Shown here piece after piece: positions 24,000 to 36,299 of a DNA stretch of 64,000 nucleotides. The notes beneath the pieces are model-generated. The model searched no databases. It was not told where the DNA came from and saw only the letters and a program-made list of their open reading frames with translations. This stretch comes from Camelus ferus (Eukaryota), in the NCBI RefSeq assembly GCF_009834535.1, contig NC_045696.1, forward strand, positions 16,556,001 through 16,620,000, written 5' to 3'. Every line of letters begins with the position of its first letter. The first letter of the stretch is position 1. Made by a program: the position numbers and the translations under genes.

Positions 24000-24903
24000 T
24001 AAGCATATCTTGCTTTGTTGTACTTAGCAGATAATTGTATTTTTTACAAACTGAAGGTTTATGGCAACCCTGCCCTGAACAAGTCTGTTGGCGCCTTTTA
24101 TCCAACAGCATTTGCTCACTTTGGGTCTGTGTGTCACACTTGGTAATTCTTGCAATATTTCAAACTTTTCCATTATTATTATGTCTGTTATGGTGATCTG
24201 TGATCAGAGATCTTTGATATATTGTAATTGTTTTGCGACACCACAAGCCACGCCCGTGTAAGACGGAGAACTTAGTTGATAAACGTTGTGTGTGTTCTGA
24301 CAGCTCCACTGACCAGCTGTTCCTCCATCTCCTCCCCTTTCCTTGAGTCTTCCTATTCCCTGAGATATAACAACATTGAAATTAGGCCAATTAATAACTC
24401 TACAATGACCTCTAAGTGTTCAAGTGAAAGAGAGAGTCACATTTGTCTCAATTTAAATCAAAAGCTAGAAATGATTAAGCTTAGTGAGGAAGGCATGTCA
24501 AAAGCTGAGACAGGCTGAAGGCTAGGTCTCTTGTGCCAAACAGTTAGCCAAGTTGTGAATGCAAAAGTAAAGTTCTTGAAGGAAATTAAAAGTAATACTC
24601 CAGTGATGCATGAATTATAAGAAAGTGAAACAGCCTTATTGCTGATATGGAGAAAGTTTTAGTGGTCTGGATAGAAGATCAAACCAGCCACAACATTCCC
24701 TTAAGCTAAAGCCTAATTAATCCAGAGCAAGGCGTTAACTCTCTTCATTCTGTGAAGGCTGAGAGAGGTGAGGAAACTTCCAAAGAAAACTATGAAGCTA
24801 GCAGAGGTGGCTTCACGAGGTTTAAGGAAAGAAATCATCTCTATAACATCAAAGTTCAAGATGAAACAGCAAGTGCTGATGTAGAAGCTGCAGCAGGTTA
24901 TTC
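24000..24903 (+). mobile_element. Tigger1 (TcMar/pogo) DNA transposon, 5' ~900 bp with decayed transposase start
   Basis: Tigger1 5' end after a TA dinucleotide. From the ATG at 24405: MTSKCSSERESHICLNLNQKLEMIKLSEEGMSKAETG*, then ...IADMEKVLVVWIEDQTSHNIPLS... (CENP-B-like HTH), disrupted by stops. Confidence 0.93.
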
Positions 24904-25097
24904 CCCTGCTTTTTCCAGCTTCTAGGAATGTAGCTTCTCCATTTCTTGCCTTGTGTTCACATTTTCCACCTTCAAAGCCAGCAAACCTAATTTCATCTCA
25001 ACCTTAATCCCATTTTACAATGTAATCTACCATATTTATAAATTCTGAGGGTTAGGATGTGGACATCTTGTGGGGGGCTATTACCCTGCCTACCACA
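24904..25097 (-). mobile_element. MLT1 LTR fragment
   Basis: 'ttccagcttctagg...ccttcaaagccagcaa...ggttaggatgtggacatcttg...ctgcctaccaca'. Confidence 0.7.
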
Positions 25098-25099
25098 TG

Positions 25100-27040
25100 A
25101 TATTTAATAATAGTTTCTTTTTATGGTTAGTGCTTTTTCAAGTAATCGCTGACTATCCCAAGGATATAAAGATACATTCTCCTGTGCTCGCATCCAGAAG
25201 CTCGATTATTTTAACTTTCATGTTTAGGTCTATGGTCGATATCAAATTAATTTTGTGTATGGTGTGAGATAAGGTTTTTTCCCCCCTCGTGAATATTCAG
25301 TTGACTCCAAACCATTTACTGAAAAGACCTTCTTGCCCCAACTGAACTGCGCTGCTGTGTTGTTGTTCAAGTTACCCTGTAAAAGTAGGTCTGTGTTTGG
25401 AATCTTTTCTGTTTCTTCTTGTATTAGCTCCCTAGGGTGGCATTAACACAATACTACAAACTGGGTGGCTTAAGACAAAAGAAATGTATTTCCTCTCAGT
25501 TGTGGAGGCCACCAGATGTGTGAAATCAAATATTGGCCGGATCAAGTTCCCTCCGAAGGCTTTAGGGCAGAATCCTTTCTTGCTTCTTCCAGCCTCTGGT
25601 GGCTCCATATATTTCTTTGCTTAGAGCTTTGTGACTGCAGTCTCTGCCTTCTCCACAGGGTGTCTGTGTCTCAAATCTCCCTCTGCTTTTCTCTTATAAG
25701 GATGCCTGTCATTGGATTTAGGGCCCACCTTAATTTAATTACACAGATGATCTAATCACATCTCTTTTTCCAAATAGATCATTTTCAATGGTTCTGGAGG
25801 TTAGAACACGGACACATCCTTTTGGGACTATCACTCAAGCTGGTGGTCAGTTTCACTTGCCTATTTATCTATTCTTATACTAATTCCCAATACCTAGTGT
25901 CAATTGCTGTAGCTTTTAGTAAGTTGTGAAGTTGAATTATATACAATTTTCAACTTAATTCTTCCTCACCGTTGTTTTGGCTATGCTAGGTTTTTGGCTA
26001 TCTATATACATCTTAGAATCATCTATCTATTTCCACAGTAAAAACTACTGGAATTTTGATTTGTGGCTAATTAAGATTTCAATAATATTGAGTCTTCTAA
26101 TCTATCCTTGTGGGGTATCTGTCCATTATTTAGGTCTTTAAAAAATCTCTCAGCAATGTTTTATAGTTTTCATTTTAGAGGTCTTGTTTAACTTTTGTTA
26201 GATTTTTTCCAAGATATTTTATTTCCGATGCTATTATAAATTTTTAAAAGTTGTATTTTCTAATTGTTGCTAGTGTGTAGAAACATAATTGATCTTTACA
26301 TACTATTCTTGTATCTAGAGTTTTTGTTAAATTCAGTTAATAATGCTACTGATTTGTAATGTATGTTGTTTTGAACTGTCTATATACACTAACATTTCAT
26401 CTGTAAATAATGACAGTTTTCTTTCACTCCAATCTTTATACTCCCCCTCCCTTTTAATTTACTGCACTTACTAGAATTTCTGTACAATGGTGAATGGAAC
26501 TAATAATGGTAGCTGTAGGTGATTTGTAGATGCAGTTTTATCAGATTATCAGATTAAGGGGCTTCTATTTATCTGATTAAGGAATTTCCCTTTTATTATT
26601 TTTTGCTGTCAGTTTTTATCATGACCAAGTGTGTTTTTTTATCAAATGCCTTTTTGCTATCCTTTGATAAAATGATTTTTCCCCTTTATTCTGTTAATGT
26701 ATCAAATGATACTGATTGGTGTTCAAATGTTAAAACAACCTTGTATTCTGGGGATAAACTCCACTTCCTCTCCTCTTTTTTTATATAGTATGTGACTCTG
26801 TTTGCTAATATTTTATTAAGGATTTTTGTATCTATGTTCATGAGAGATACTAATCAGTATTTTTTGAATGTATCATTATTATGCTAACTTCATAAAATGA
26901 GTTGGGAAACATTCCTTCTTTCCTTAATCTCTGAAAGAGTTTGTGTGAATTTGCTATTAGTTCTTCCTTAAATGTTGGTAAGAATTCTTCTGAGCCTGGA
27001 GTTTTCTTTGTGAGAAAGTTTTAAATTATGGATTAAGTCT
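25100..27040 (-). mobile_element. Old L1M ORF2 relic, interrupted by MLT1
   Basis: Antisense ORF2 motifs such as 'accatttactgaaaagacct', 'aataatattgagtcttcta', 'gtttgctaatattttattaaggatttttgtatctatgttcatgagagata'. Confidence 0.75.
25420..25835 (-). mobile_element. MLT1 (B/C-type) LTR
   Basis: 'tgtattagctccctagggtggcattaacacaatactacaaactgggtggcttaagacaaaagaaatgtatt...tcttataaggatgcctgtcattggatttagggcccacc'. Confidence 0.8.
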
Positions 27041-27389
27041 AATCAAATTCATTATACATATATATGAATAAATATATGTAAAACAATCTCTCTCCTTTGT
27101 GGTCACACAACATGCATTTGTATTTTTACACTGTTTCCTTAAACTTTTAATGCATCTTTACATATTCAAAATCTCATATTTATATTTGAACCAACCTCTA
27201 TCATGTATAGCCTGCAAAGAGCCAAACTAACCCTGTTAAGAAAAAAGAAACATTTTCTCAGAATGTCTGAATATATTAATTGACTAAACCATGTGTCAGC
27301 GATTATGCTAGTCAGTGGTACTACCAACTGCTCAAAATAGAGTGAAGCCCACAGATATTTAAGCAAATAAATTACGGGACATTGTCACA

Positions 27390-27800
27390 AATAAGCACAC
27401 AAAGGAGATACCTATTAACCCAGCAGGGCTGGGAAGACATCACTGAGGAGTCAGCATCTGAAGGATGACTAGGATTTCAGTAGCTAGAGAAGAGAGGAAG
27501 GACCAGGCAAATGGAATGTCATAGGCAAAGGCATAGCCGTGGGTAAAATAAGATGTGAAAAAGAGGGATGAGCTCAGTGTCACCAGGGAATAGAGTACTT
27601 GGGGGGCAGTGGTAAGAGCTGTTGCTCCAAAGAAATATCAAAACCTTTGGGAAGGGCCATTCTTTGGCATATAATAAGTTGAATTCTATTCATTAGGCAA
27701 TCGGCTGCCACCCAAGGATTTTACCCAATGGACTGACTAATTAGAGCTACAGTTACTGTGGCAGTGGGGTGGGAGATGTATTCAAGTGGCCAGAGACTGG
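27390..27800 (-). mobile_element. L2 relic
   Basis: Purine-rich reverse L2 motifs 'gaagacatcactgaggag...tgaaggatgactagga' and 'gttgaattctattcattaggcaat'. Confidence 0.5.
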
Positions 27801-28019
27801 AGGAAGATAAAAACAGATGGTGTACAACTGAACACAATGAAGATTGCTTTTTACAAATATCAAGGAAGAGTTTGTTTCACTGAAGTTATATGAGAACTAA
27901 AAATTCAGGACTCAGTTCCTTCTACAGTTGAATACACAAACATTTTTGTTTGTTTATCTAACTGCTATCAGGTTGATTAATTTTTAAAACAAGGTTGGAA
28001 AGACATGACTGCTTGCATT

Positions 28020-28623
28020 AGAACAGTCAGAGCTCAAGTCAGCGAAGCAGAGCCATGATGAGGGCTACGTGATAAGGGGTCTATTAAAGGAAAGGGATCT
28101 TATCAATTGCAGGAGAAGCTAAGTAAGTAAAGAGAAGGGGAGGATGGAGGATGAGAGTCACGGTCCATCACTAGCCTTCCTGAAATTCCAGTGGCAGTGG
28201 ACAAGTAAGAATGAGCAGGGGGAGATGCAAGAAATCCAAGAGTATTCAACCACCATGGAACCTTGAAGGAGAAGCTTTGGAGAAGTCCATGGGAACCTTT
28301 CCTTTGTATATCTACCACCTGTGTGAGTTTCAGCCAAATGTCAGTGGCCCTGAGGCTGCTCTTGGTCAGCAGGGCCAGCAATTAGGAAGAAGATATATAA
28401 CGTGGAGCAGATGACAGTGAGGTCAAGCTGAGATCTCCTGGGCAAACTTGCATCTGACCGCAAAAGGACCTTCGAAGAACAAGGCTGATTATTTTCACTT
28501 CTGCTTCCAAATCTCTCACGTGTTCCCCTTTTGGCCAGCTCTAATGTGGAACAAGACAAGAAAGATGATTTTGGGAAATGTAGTTCCTACCTTAACCAGG
28601 TTGATCATAGAACAAGTACTACA
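28020..28623 (-). mobile_element. Old ERVL-type LTR (MLT2F/LTR52-like)
   Basis: End motif 'gattttgggaaatgtagttcctaccttaaccaggttgatcatagaacaagtactaca' and start 'tcaagtcagcgaagcagagcca' resemble old ERVL LTRs. Confidence 0.5.
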
Positions 28624-28939
28624 TATAACACTTAAATATGGGATATAATAAGATGCATGATATACGATGTAAGACTTACCAAGCCTCATGTAGCACTTGT
28701 TATATGGTAACATGTGAAATATTTAGTCTGGGACTTGATACATAGCAAGTGCTCAAGGAATGCCATGATTATCTCAGAACCTCATTCCTATTTTTAATGT
28801 GTCCTGTACAAAGCAACAGGAAACACACTGAGGAATCAATGATTGTGTTAGATTTGTCAGAGGTGTAAACTTGAGGAGAGAGTCCAGGGGTAGTGGATAC
28901 TCTTTGCTGTCCACTGCATTAGTCTATTCTTTATTACCA

Positions 28940-29190
28940 ACAGGACACACATTTGTTTGGGCTGGTATTGAACCCCTGAGGTCTGGTTGTGGACCAATGA
29001 GATGGAAGCCAATGTTCCTGGTAGGGTTTCCTGGACAGGCTCTAAAAAGGCAGGCAGTGTCAGGCTCTTTGATTTTCCACTTCTTTTCTTCTGCCTGGAA
29101 CCCAGACATGGGGTGGTTCTTTCTTCTTGGGACCATAAGGAGACACACACATGCTAAGGACTGCTGAGCATAAAGATAGAAAAATCTTGA
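28940..29190 (+). mobile_element. Old MLT1 (J/K-type) relic
   Basis: 'ggaccaatgagatggaagcc...ttctgcctggaacccagacatg...acatgctaaggactgctgagcataaagatagaaa'. Confidence 0.5.
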
Positions 29191-29763
29191 GTAGGTATGG
29201 GGTGGCACCTGAGAGTCCGCATTTCTTTTTTTTTTAAATTGTAGTTGATTTACAATGTTATGTTAGTTTCTGGTGTACAGCATAGTGATTCAGTTATACA
29301 TATATATGTATATGCTTTTTTCTTATTTTAACTATAGGTTATTACAAGATATTAAATATTGTTCTCTGTGCTATTCAGTAGGATCTTGTTGTTTATCTAT
29401 TTTATATATAGCAAATCCCAAATGCCTAATTTATCCCTCCTCCTCTCCCTCCCCTCTGGTAACCATAAGTTTGTTTTCTATGTCTGTGAGTCTGTTTCTG
29501 TTTTGTAAGGAAGTTCCTTTTTGTCATTTTTTTTAGATTCCACATATAAGTGATATATGATATTTGTCTGTCTCTGACTTACTTCACTTAGTATGATAAT
29601 CTCTAGGTCCATCCGTGTTGCTGCAAATGGCATTGTTTCATCCTTTTGCATGGCTGAGTAGTATTCCAGGTTCATCCACGTTGCTGATGTGATCTAACAA
29701 CTCTCACGTAAGGCTATTGCCGCTGCTGTTTTGTGGACCCACTCTGTATAGCAAGGATCTAGA
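29185..29763. mobile_element. MER5-type hAT MITE split by an L1 insertion
   Basis: 'gagtaggtatggggtggcacctgagagtccgcatttct' joins 'aacaactctcacgtaaggctattgccgctgctg...gtggacccactctg' once the L1 is removed. Confidence 0.6.
29227..29690 (-). mobile_element. 5'-truncated L1 3' end
   Basis: Poly(T), 3' UTR, and the ORF2 end (…EYYSAMQKDETMPFAATRMDLEIIILSEVSQ). Confidence 0.9.
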
Positions 29764-30509
29764 ACACCATTACAGTGTCAGTTGCACCAATAGGTGGTAT
29801 TGGTGTTCTAATTACACATTCACACTAATTTCTTATACCTTAGCTGCTTGAAACGTAAGGGCAACACTTGCTCTGTTACTGCATCATTCTAACACATTTA
29901 ACCATAACAACACAAAGCAAAAGAAGCTGGGTGAGTAGATCTATCTACTCAAATAAAGGTGTTTCCAAAAGAACTGCAAATCACTAGAGGTGACTTTAAA
30001 AGCAAATGGATAAGCAGCTTGCATTCTGAGGTTAACAGAAAGGATGCTTAAGTGCCTCTTTATAATAAAGTTCTCTGCACAGTCTCATTATGAGGGTCCT
30101 CTTGGGACATTAATAAAGTTCTTGAATGTAGAATTTTCACTGTTCCTCGGCTTTGGTAATATCGAACTCTTTGCTCAATTATGTTTAGGGCATGCTCTGA
30201 ATGAGCAGCTAACATCGTTTCCACTTTCGTGATTGCTGGCTGGTTATTTGAGTAATGCTGTTGTGCTTCTAGAAATAGTGGGCCTTTCAAGAGAAAGTGG
30301 AGGCCAGTAACTGCCAGAAACATTAGACAACTAGGAAGAAATACGCACTCAAGGAATTCCAGGGTTCCCAATTCTCACTCAAGTCCTCTGATATTTTTCT
30401 CTACTCTCCAACATGAATGTTACATCCTAGCTCGTCTTAACTGCTTGCCATTTTCTGAACACACGTGGTCCACTCCCACCTCAGTACTATATTTCTCACT
30501 GTTTCCTTG

Positions 30510-30635
30510 GTGTCTTAGTCTACCCAGGCTGCTGGAACAAGCCCATGAACTGCTGGGGGACAGGGGCTTAAATGACAGAAATTTATTTCTCACAGTTACA
30601 GAAGCTGGGAAGTCCAAGATCAAGCTGCCAGCGTC
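30510..30635 (-). mobile_element. MLT1 LTR fragment
   Basis: 'tgtcttagtctacccaggctgct...acagaaatttatttctcacagtt...gctgggaagtccaagatcaag'. Confidence 0.7.
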
Positions 30636-32565
30636 ACTCGGGACCTGAAATGCTTCTGTTCTGCCCCAAAGCTACTAAAGCAGAAGCGTTGTGGGGGGAG
30701 CATCTTTTCAGGAGATACTGATGCATGCTCAGTTATAGACAATTGGCTACTTATTAGTGGACCACGTCTGCATGTCAATATTGGGAACATACTGATATGA
30801 ACAATGTTGGTAAGATCTGTTACAATGATAAGACAGGCACCTGTGGCTCAAAACCACAAAGTGAAAAACCTCCCCATCCTCCAAGTTCCAGTTCAAATCT
30901 GACCTCCTCCATAAATAGTTTTTTTCTTTTCTTTCTTTTGTCTTCACTGCCACTTTGCTAGTCTTACACATGGTTGCTATAAAGTATCATCTATTCATCT
31001 TCTTCAGGGGTAGGACTACCTTCCATCATTTTGACTCAGCACAGCAATAAGCAGTGTCTCATGTTTACTGCTTGCTCAATAAATATTTGTTGGATTAATA
31101 AATGGGTTTCTATTCATAGAAGAGCTTTTCTTGGTTCCTTATGTTTGAAATTCTGTACCAGAAAAATTTGTGATCGCCAAAAAACCCCCACAAAAAAAAT
31201 CTAACACTTTTCTCTCTTTTCACCCTGGTGTGTATTTATTTTGACAATTGCCAGATTGCAATAGAAAGGAGCATCCCATTTATAATAAAATCCGTAGATA
31301 ATTCTGAAATGTGATATTAAATTGAAGGATAATGCAAATCAGTTTTAAATGCCCAAGCATTAGGGAACAGGAGGGATGAAGAAGGAAATGAGGAAATATG
31401 GGAAATACAGTTATTTTTGGAATAATTGAGCATTGGCCACATGCTGAATTGGCTTAGCGTCAAGTAAAGAAAGACATCTCTGACAATGCTATTACTTTTT
31501 ATTTGCCTCCTGTTTACTTTCCAGCCCATCCATATACTGATTTCAGTGTTATTCAGTGAGATAATAGTAAGCATTTGGTCCCATTAGCAATAAAGATAGA
31601 CCCTAGTGTATCCAAATAACATTTTTGTCTGTAACTGAAGTATATTTTAACATTTTTGTATCTACTGAAGTATATTTCAGCATACCTGTTCTGTATCACT
31701 GGTTTCTGTGGTGATGTGATGCTTCATTCACCTGATGTATCACTGCATCCTAAGTACGATCTATGTAGGATAAAAGAAGTACTAGGCGAGGGGTACTTAT
31801 TTTGCAGCCGCCTTGGTACTGCAGATTCAGTGGGGTGCAGTGCATCTTGCTGACATCCGTGATTCTCAGCTGACCAAGTCTACTACAGCGACTAAAAGTC
31901 AGGGGTCCAAGTGACCTGTGATGCTTGTGGAGCCGCTTCAGGTCTTCCTAACAATTTGGGAGAAGTTGACACCATGTGGTGCCTTACCCACATCTCCAAG
32001 AAAAAGAAGAAGGTAAAGTCTTGATTTGTCGCATTTACTAATTCCAAGCCATCAACTTGAAAATGTGCACAATCAACTTTCCAGCATACTACTGGGCTAA
32101 ACAAACATGATCAAAACAAATTTTTTTTTTTTAAGAATCAACCCCAATTTTTGCTTTTTAGGCTTTAACAGAAATTAGGGACTTAGCAATAATACACAAC
32201 ATATTTCAAATATCATCTTTTGATTTAAAACATCATACTATGCCAGTCAATACAAGAACTGAAGATTGAAATTGAGAAAAATTTCTTTAAATGTGTATTT
32301 CAGATGTGTCTCAGATGGGTACTTATCACCAAAAACTAATTTTTCACTTCCTTTCTCTCTTGAAGCCAAATTTTTACCACAGTCTTTGATATGTTCAGAC
32401 TCAACAGACTCATGTTTCAACTTCCAGCCAATGTTTGGACACAAAACTTCCAGATATAATTTCTGTGGTAGCCCAGGAAGAGATAGGGGATAGGGTGCAG
32501 GAAAGCATTTCTCATTTTAGTCTGCATTCAATGAAAACTCTTACACTGCATAACATTTAGATTTA

Positions 32566-32832
32566 TTTTTTCTTTTTATTCTATTTTTTTAATTGAAGTA
32601 TAGCCAGTTTACAGAGTTGTGTCAATTTCTGGTGTACAGCATAATGTTTCAGCCATACATGTACACACATATATTCGTTTTCATAGTCTTTTTCATTATA
32701 GGTTATTACAAGATATTGAATATAGTTCCCTTTGCTATACAGAAGAAACTTATTGTTTATCTATTTTACATATAGTAGTTAGTATCTGCAAATCTCAAAC
32801 TCCCAGCTTATCCCTTCCCACTCCCTTTCCCC
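32566..32832 (-). mobile_element. 5'-truncated L1 3' UTR
   Basis: Perfect 14-bp TSD aacatttagattta at 32552-32565 and 32833-32846; T-rich tail. Confidence 0.92.
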
Positions 32833-33880
32833 AACATTTAGATTTAGATGAATGAGTGTAGCCAATGAAATTTGGCACATAATTTAAGCAGAATGAAAGG
32901 CTGTAATGATAGTAAAGGAGTAGCAGGTATATTTTGATGTGATAAAACTAGCGATAAATTTTCTTGTATGAAAGCTGTAAACATCTGAGGGATAAGAGGA
33001 CATTCTTTGTTTTAATTTTTATACTCCAAATAAAGAAGGAATAGTTTGTTGTTTGCCTTGAAATGTATATATAATCATTTATTCTAATTGACTAAATAAC
33101 TTTCTGGAAATTGATATAAAAGCACCGAAATGTAACCTTGATTAAAAATAAAATTTCTTTTGTTAGTTTATTACTAAATCAATTATCATAAAAGGAAAAA
33201 AAAAATCAAAAGATACAGACCAGCAGAAAGGACCTAAAATTGGCATATACTTTCAGAACTTTAATGTATTTGTTATTTTGTTACCTGATTTTTTTTTCCC
33301 TTAAAAGACATTTACATGTCGGTAAGTACATATTACCACATGATTTCAACTGAATTTAAAGCATTTCATTTTGTGGGTGTACCCTAACTTAACCAATCCT
33401 TTCTGTTGAATGTTTATATTGTTACCAATTTTGCTATTACATGCTGTAATAGGTACACGACTGCCATCTTTATAGGTTAATTTTTCTTCACATTTTAATA
33501 TTTATTTTCATATAAAATACATCTAAAATTATTTCTTAGTATATAGAGGTGAAATTACTGGATCAAAGGTGAGAAATACTACTGGAATTATTTCCTCAAA
33601 AATAGATGTGGACATTTAGGTTAAATGTCAAACATGTTCCCCTGACTTCTTAAATGAATCACCAATTACTCTTCCAAAACTCTGGGCCGGTTTATGTGGC
33701 CGTCAAGAGCTCATCACACATGATGTAACACATTTATCTACCACAATTTCTTTTTATATGTTTTCCCAATATAACAAGGAAAACATTAAATTAAAATTAC
33801 TTCTCACTGTCATTTTTTGTGTTAGGAATAAGTCTTTTAAAATGTTGTTAGCTATTGGGTCTTTTTTATGTTAAGTAGGA

Positions 33881-34851
33881 TGTATTTGTTACCTAGCACA
33901 GCCTTAAAATTACCCCAAATTTAGCCACTTAAAACAACACAAATTTATTATCTCACGGGATAGGGTCAGGAGTCTGGTGAGCTCAGCTGGTTCCTCTGGC
34001 CAGGCCTTCGCAGGCTAAGATCAAGTCTTTGGCAAGCTGGGCTCTTATCTGGAGGCTCTGAGAGCGTCTGTTTCCAAGCTCATCCAGGCTGTTGACAGAG
34101 TTCGGTTATTTGGGCTGCAAGGCTGAGGTCTCTGTTTCCTTCCTGGCTGTCAGCCAGCAGCCTCTCTTAGCTTTTAAGGATGCCTGAATTCCTCATCATG
34201 TTGACCCTCCATCTTCAAGCCAGCAAATTCCTGTTAAGTCCTCTTCAAGCTTTGAATTTCTCTGAATTCTCCTGCTGCATCTCTTCTGCTTCCAGCTGGA
34301 GAAAGTTCCCTGCTTTTAAGAGCTCATGTGATTAGATGGGACACACTTAGATAGGACAATCCAGGTTAATCTTCCTGTTTAAAGTCTGTAAACTTGATTG
34401 TATCTGCAAAGTTCCTTTTGTCATGTAAGATGCATTAGTCAATATTCTCCAAAGAACAAGCACTAGGAGATAATCTATCTATATATCTATTTATATATAT
34501 GCCAAAGTCCTTAGAACCAGGGAAGCTGATGGTATAAATCACAGTCTTAGGGCATCAATCAATGAGGCAGCAAAAAGAATGAATTCCTCTTTCCTCTGCC
34601 TTTTGTTTTATTCTTGCCCTCAGTGGGCTAGATGACATCAACCCATGTTGGGGAGGAGAATCTACTGAGTCTATCCATTCAGATGCTCATCTCACCAGGA
34701 ATGCCTTCACAGACACATCAATAACGTTTAATTTGGGAACCCCATGGCCAGTCAAGGTGCCACATAAAATTAACCATTGCGTTAGGTAATGTATTCGTTG
34801 GTTCCAGGGATTAGGGTGAGGATCTTTGGGGTCCCATTCTGCCTGCCCCAC
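33881..34851 (-). mobile_element. MLT1 (D/E-type) LTR, interrupted by MLT2 at about 34431-34781
   Basis: 'aaattaccccaaatttagccacttaaaacaacacaaatttattatctcac...ccatcttcaagccagcaa...ccttttgtcatgtaa|...ggttccagggattaggg...attctgcctgcccca'. Confidence 0.8.
34431..34781 (-). mobile_element. MLT2 LTR (internally deleted)
   Basis: 'tgcattagtcaatattctccaaagaacaagcactagga...ccagtcaaggtgccacataaaattaaccat'. Confidence 0.75.
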
Positions 34852-35139
34852 TGCACAAGGCCTCTGGTATTTGATTTACCTATTGCATTTCTCAATTCTA
34901 GAGCAGGGATATGATGTTTTTGTCTTTTGGAACTGAGGGAGAGTGTTCACAAACATCTGTAATAAGAATGATTTACTACTTGTATTATTTACTTTTAAAC
35001 GGACATATTCAAATATACTTAAAAATAGAGTGAAGAATACAAAGAAGTCCAAGTGCCTATTACTCAGCTTCAACAAGTATCAATATTTTGCCAATCTTGA
35101 TTCATCTATTTGTTCACACCCTGAGTTTTTATTTCAATG

Positions 35140-35445
35140 TATCTTTTTATTGAAGTATAATTGATTTACAATATTGTGTTAGTTTCAGGTGTTCAGCAAA
35201 GTGATTCAATTATACATATATATGCATATATCTGTGTTTTTAAAATTCTATTCCAATTTATTACAAGATATTGAATACAGCTCCCTGTGCTATACAGTAA
35301 ATCCTTTTTCATCTCTTTTATATATGGTAGCGTGCATCTGTTAATCCCATGCTCTCAATTTATTCCTCCCTCTCTTTCCCCTTTGGTAACCATAAGTTTG
35401 TTTTCTATGTCTGTGACCCTGTTTCTATAGAATATATTCATTTGT
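35140..35445 (-). mobile_element. L1 3' UTR fragment
   Basis: 'ttttattgaagtataattgatttacaatattgtgttagtttcagg...ctttggtaaccataagtttgttttctatgtctgtga'. Confidence 0.85.
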
Positions 35446-36299
35446 GAAGACTAATTAAGCTTCATTTTGGGGGAACTGTAGTAGTTTAAAATAATACAAA
35501 TTAAAGAACGAAAGATTAACAACGTAACAAAGCAAAAATAATTCTAGTGCTTTTCTCTCATTCAGTGGGTTGAAGATAACTTTTAGGGTATTAAGTGCTT
35601 GCCTAACTTACATAATTACCATTATGATTCATTGACATTTTTTATTAACTGTCTCAAAATATAGGATTCTCTTATTTCATTCTGGTGCTGGTACATCAGA
35701 GAATGCTTAATGAAAGGGAATGAGAGTAGTCAGCTTTTCTTAGAGAATTTGAGAAATGAAACCCAGATTGCACAACATTCCTGCTTATTTTCCTTTTTCC
35801 TCTTGGTGCCAAGCTTTCGGTATTTGCAGGGTAAGTTATTATAGAACTTACTTAAGAAGATATTTTACTATAATAACATGATTAGTTGCCACCATTGGGC
35901 AGTATGGAGATATAAATAGACCAAAACCCATGGATAATCCAAAAATAACATTTCTGTATTTGAGATGCATTTTCATATTGCATTTAACTGAGCATGTGCT
36001 AATGTTCTGGGAATTTAGTTGGAACAGAATAATAAAGTACACCATAAAAACCTGGCTTCAGTCTGTGGACACCTGGCTCTGAGACTGGTGGGAAGTGTTC
36101 CTCTTTCCAAGTGTTCCCATCAAGAGGAAAATCATGCCCAACTGTTGCATTTAAAAGAGCTCTTCTCTACATAAACATTTTAAAGATAAAATCACATATA
36201 AAATATTGTTTAGAGAATCATCCTCAAATTTATTGTTTGTTACCACATGCATTATCTCTTATTCTCTTTTTCCAGTTTTTGAGAATGATACATTCCTCT

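Noticed and set aside
24276..24518. ORF resembling the TIGD1/CENP-B N-terminus
   Set aside because: Decayed Tigger1 transposase with an early stop and a truncation; not a domesticated gene.
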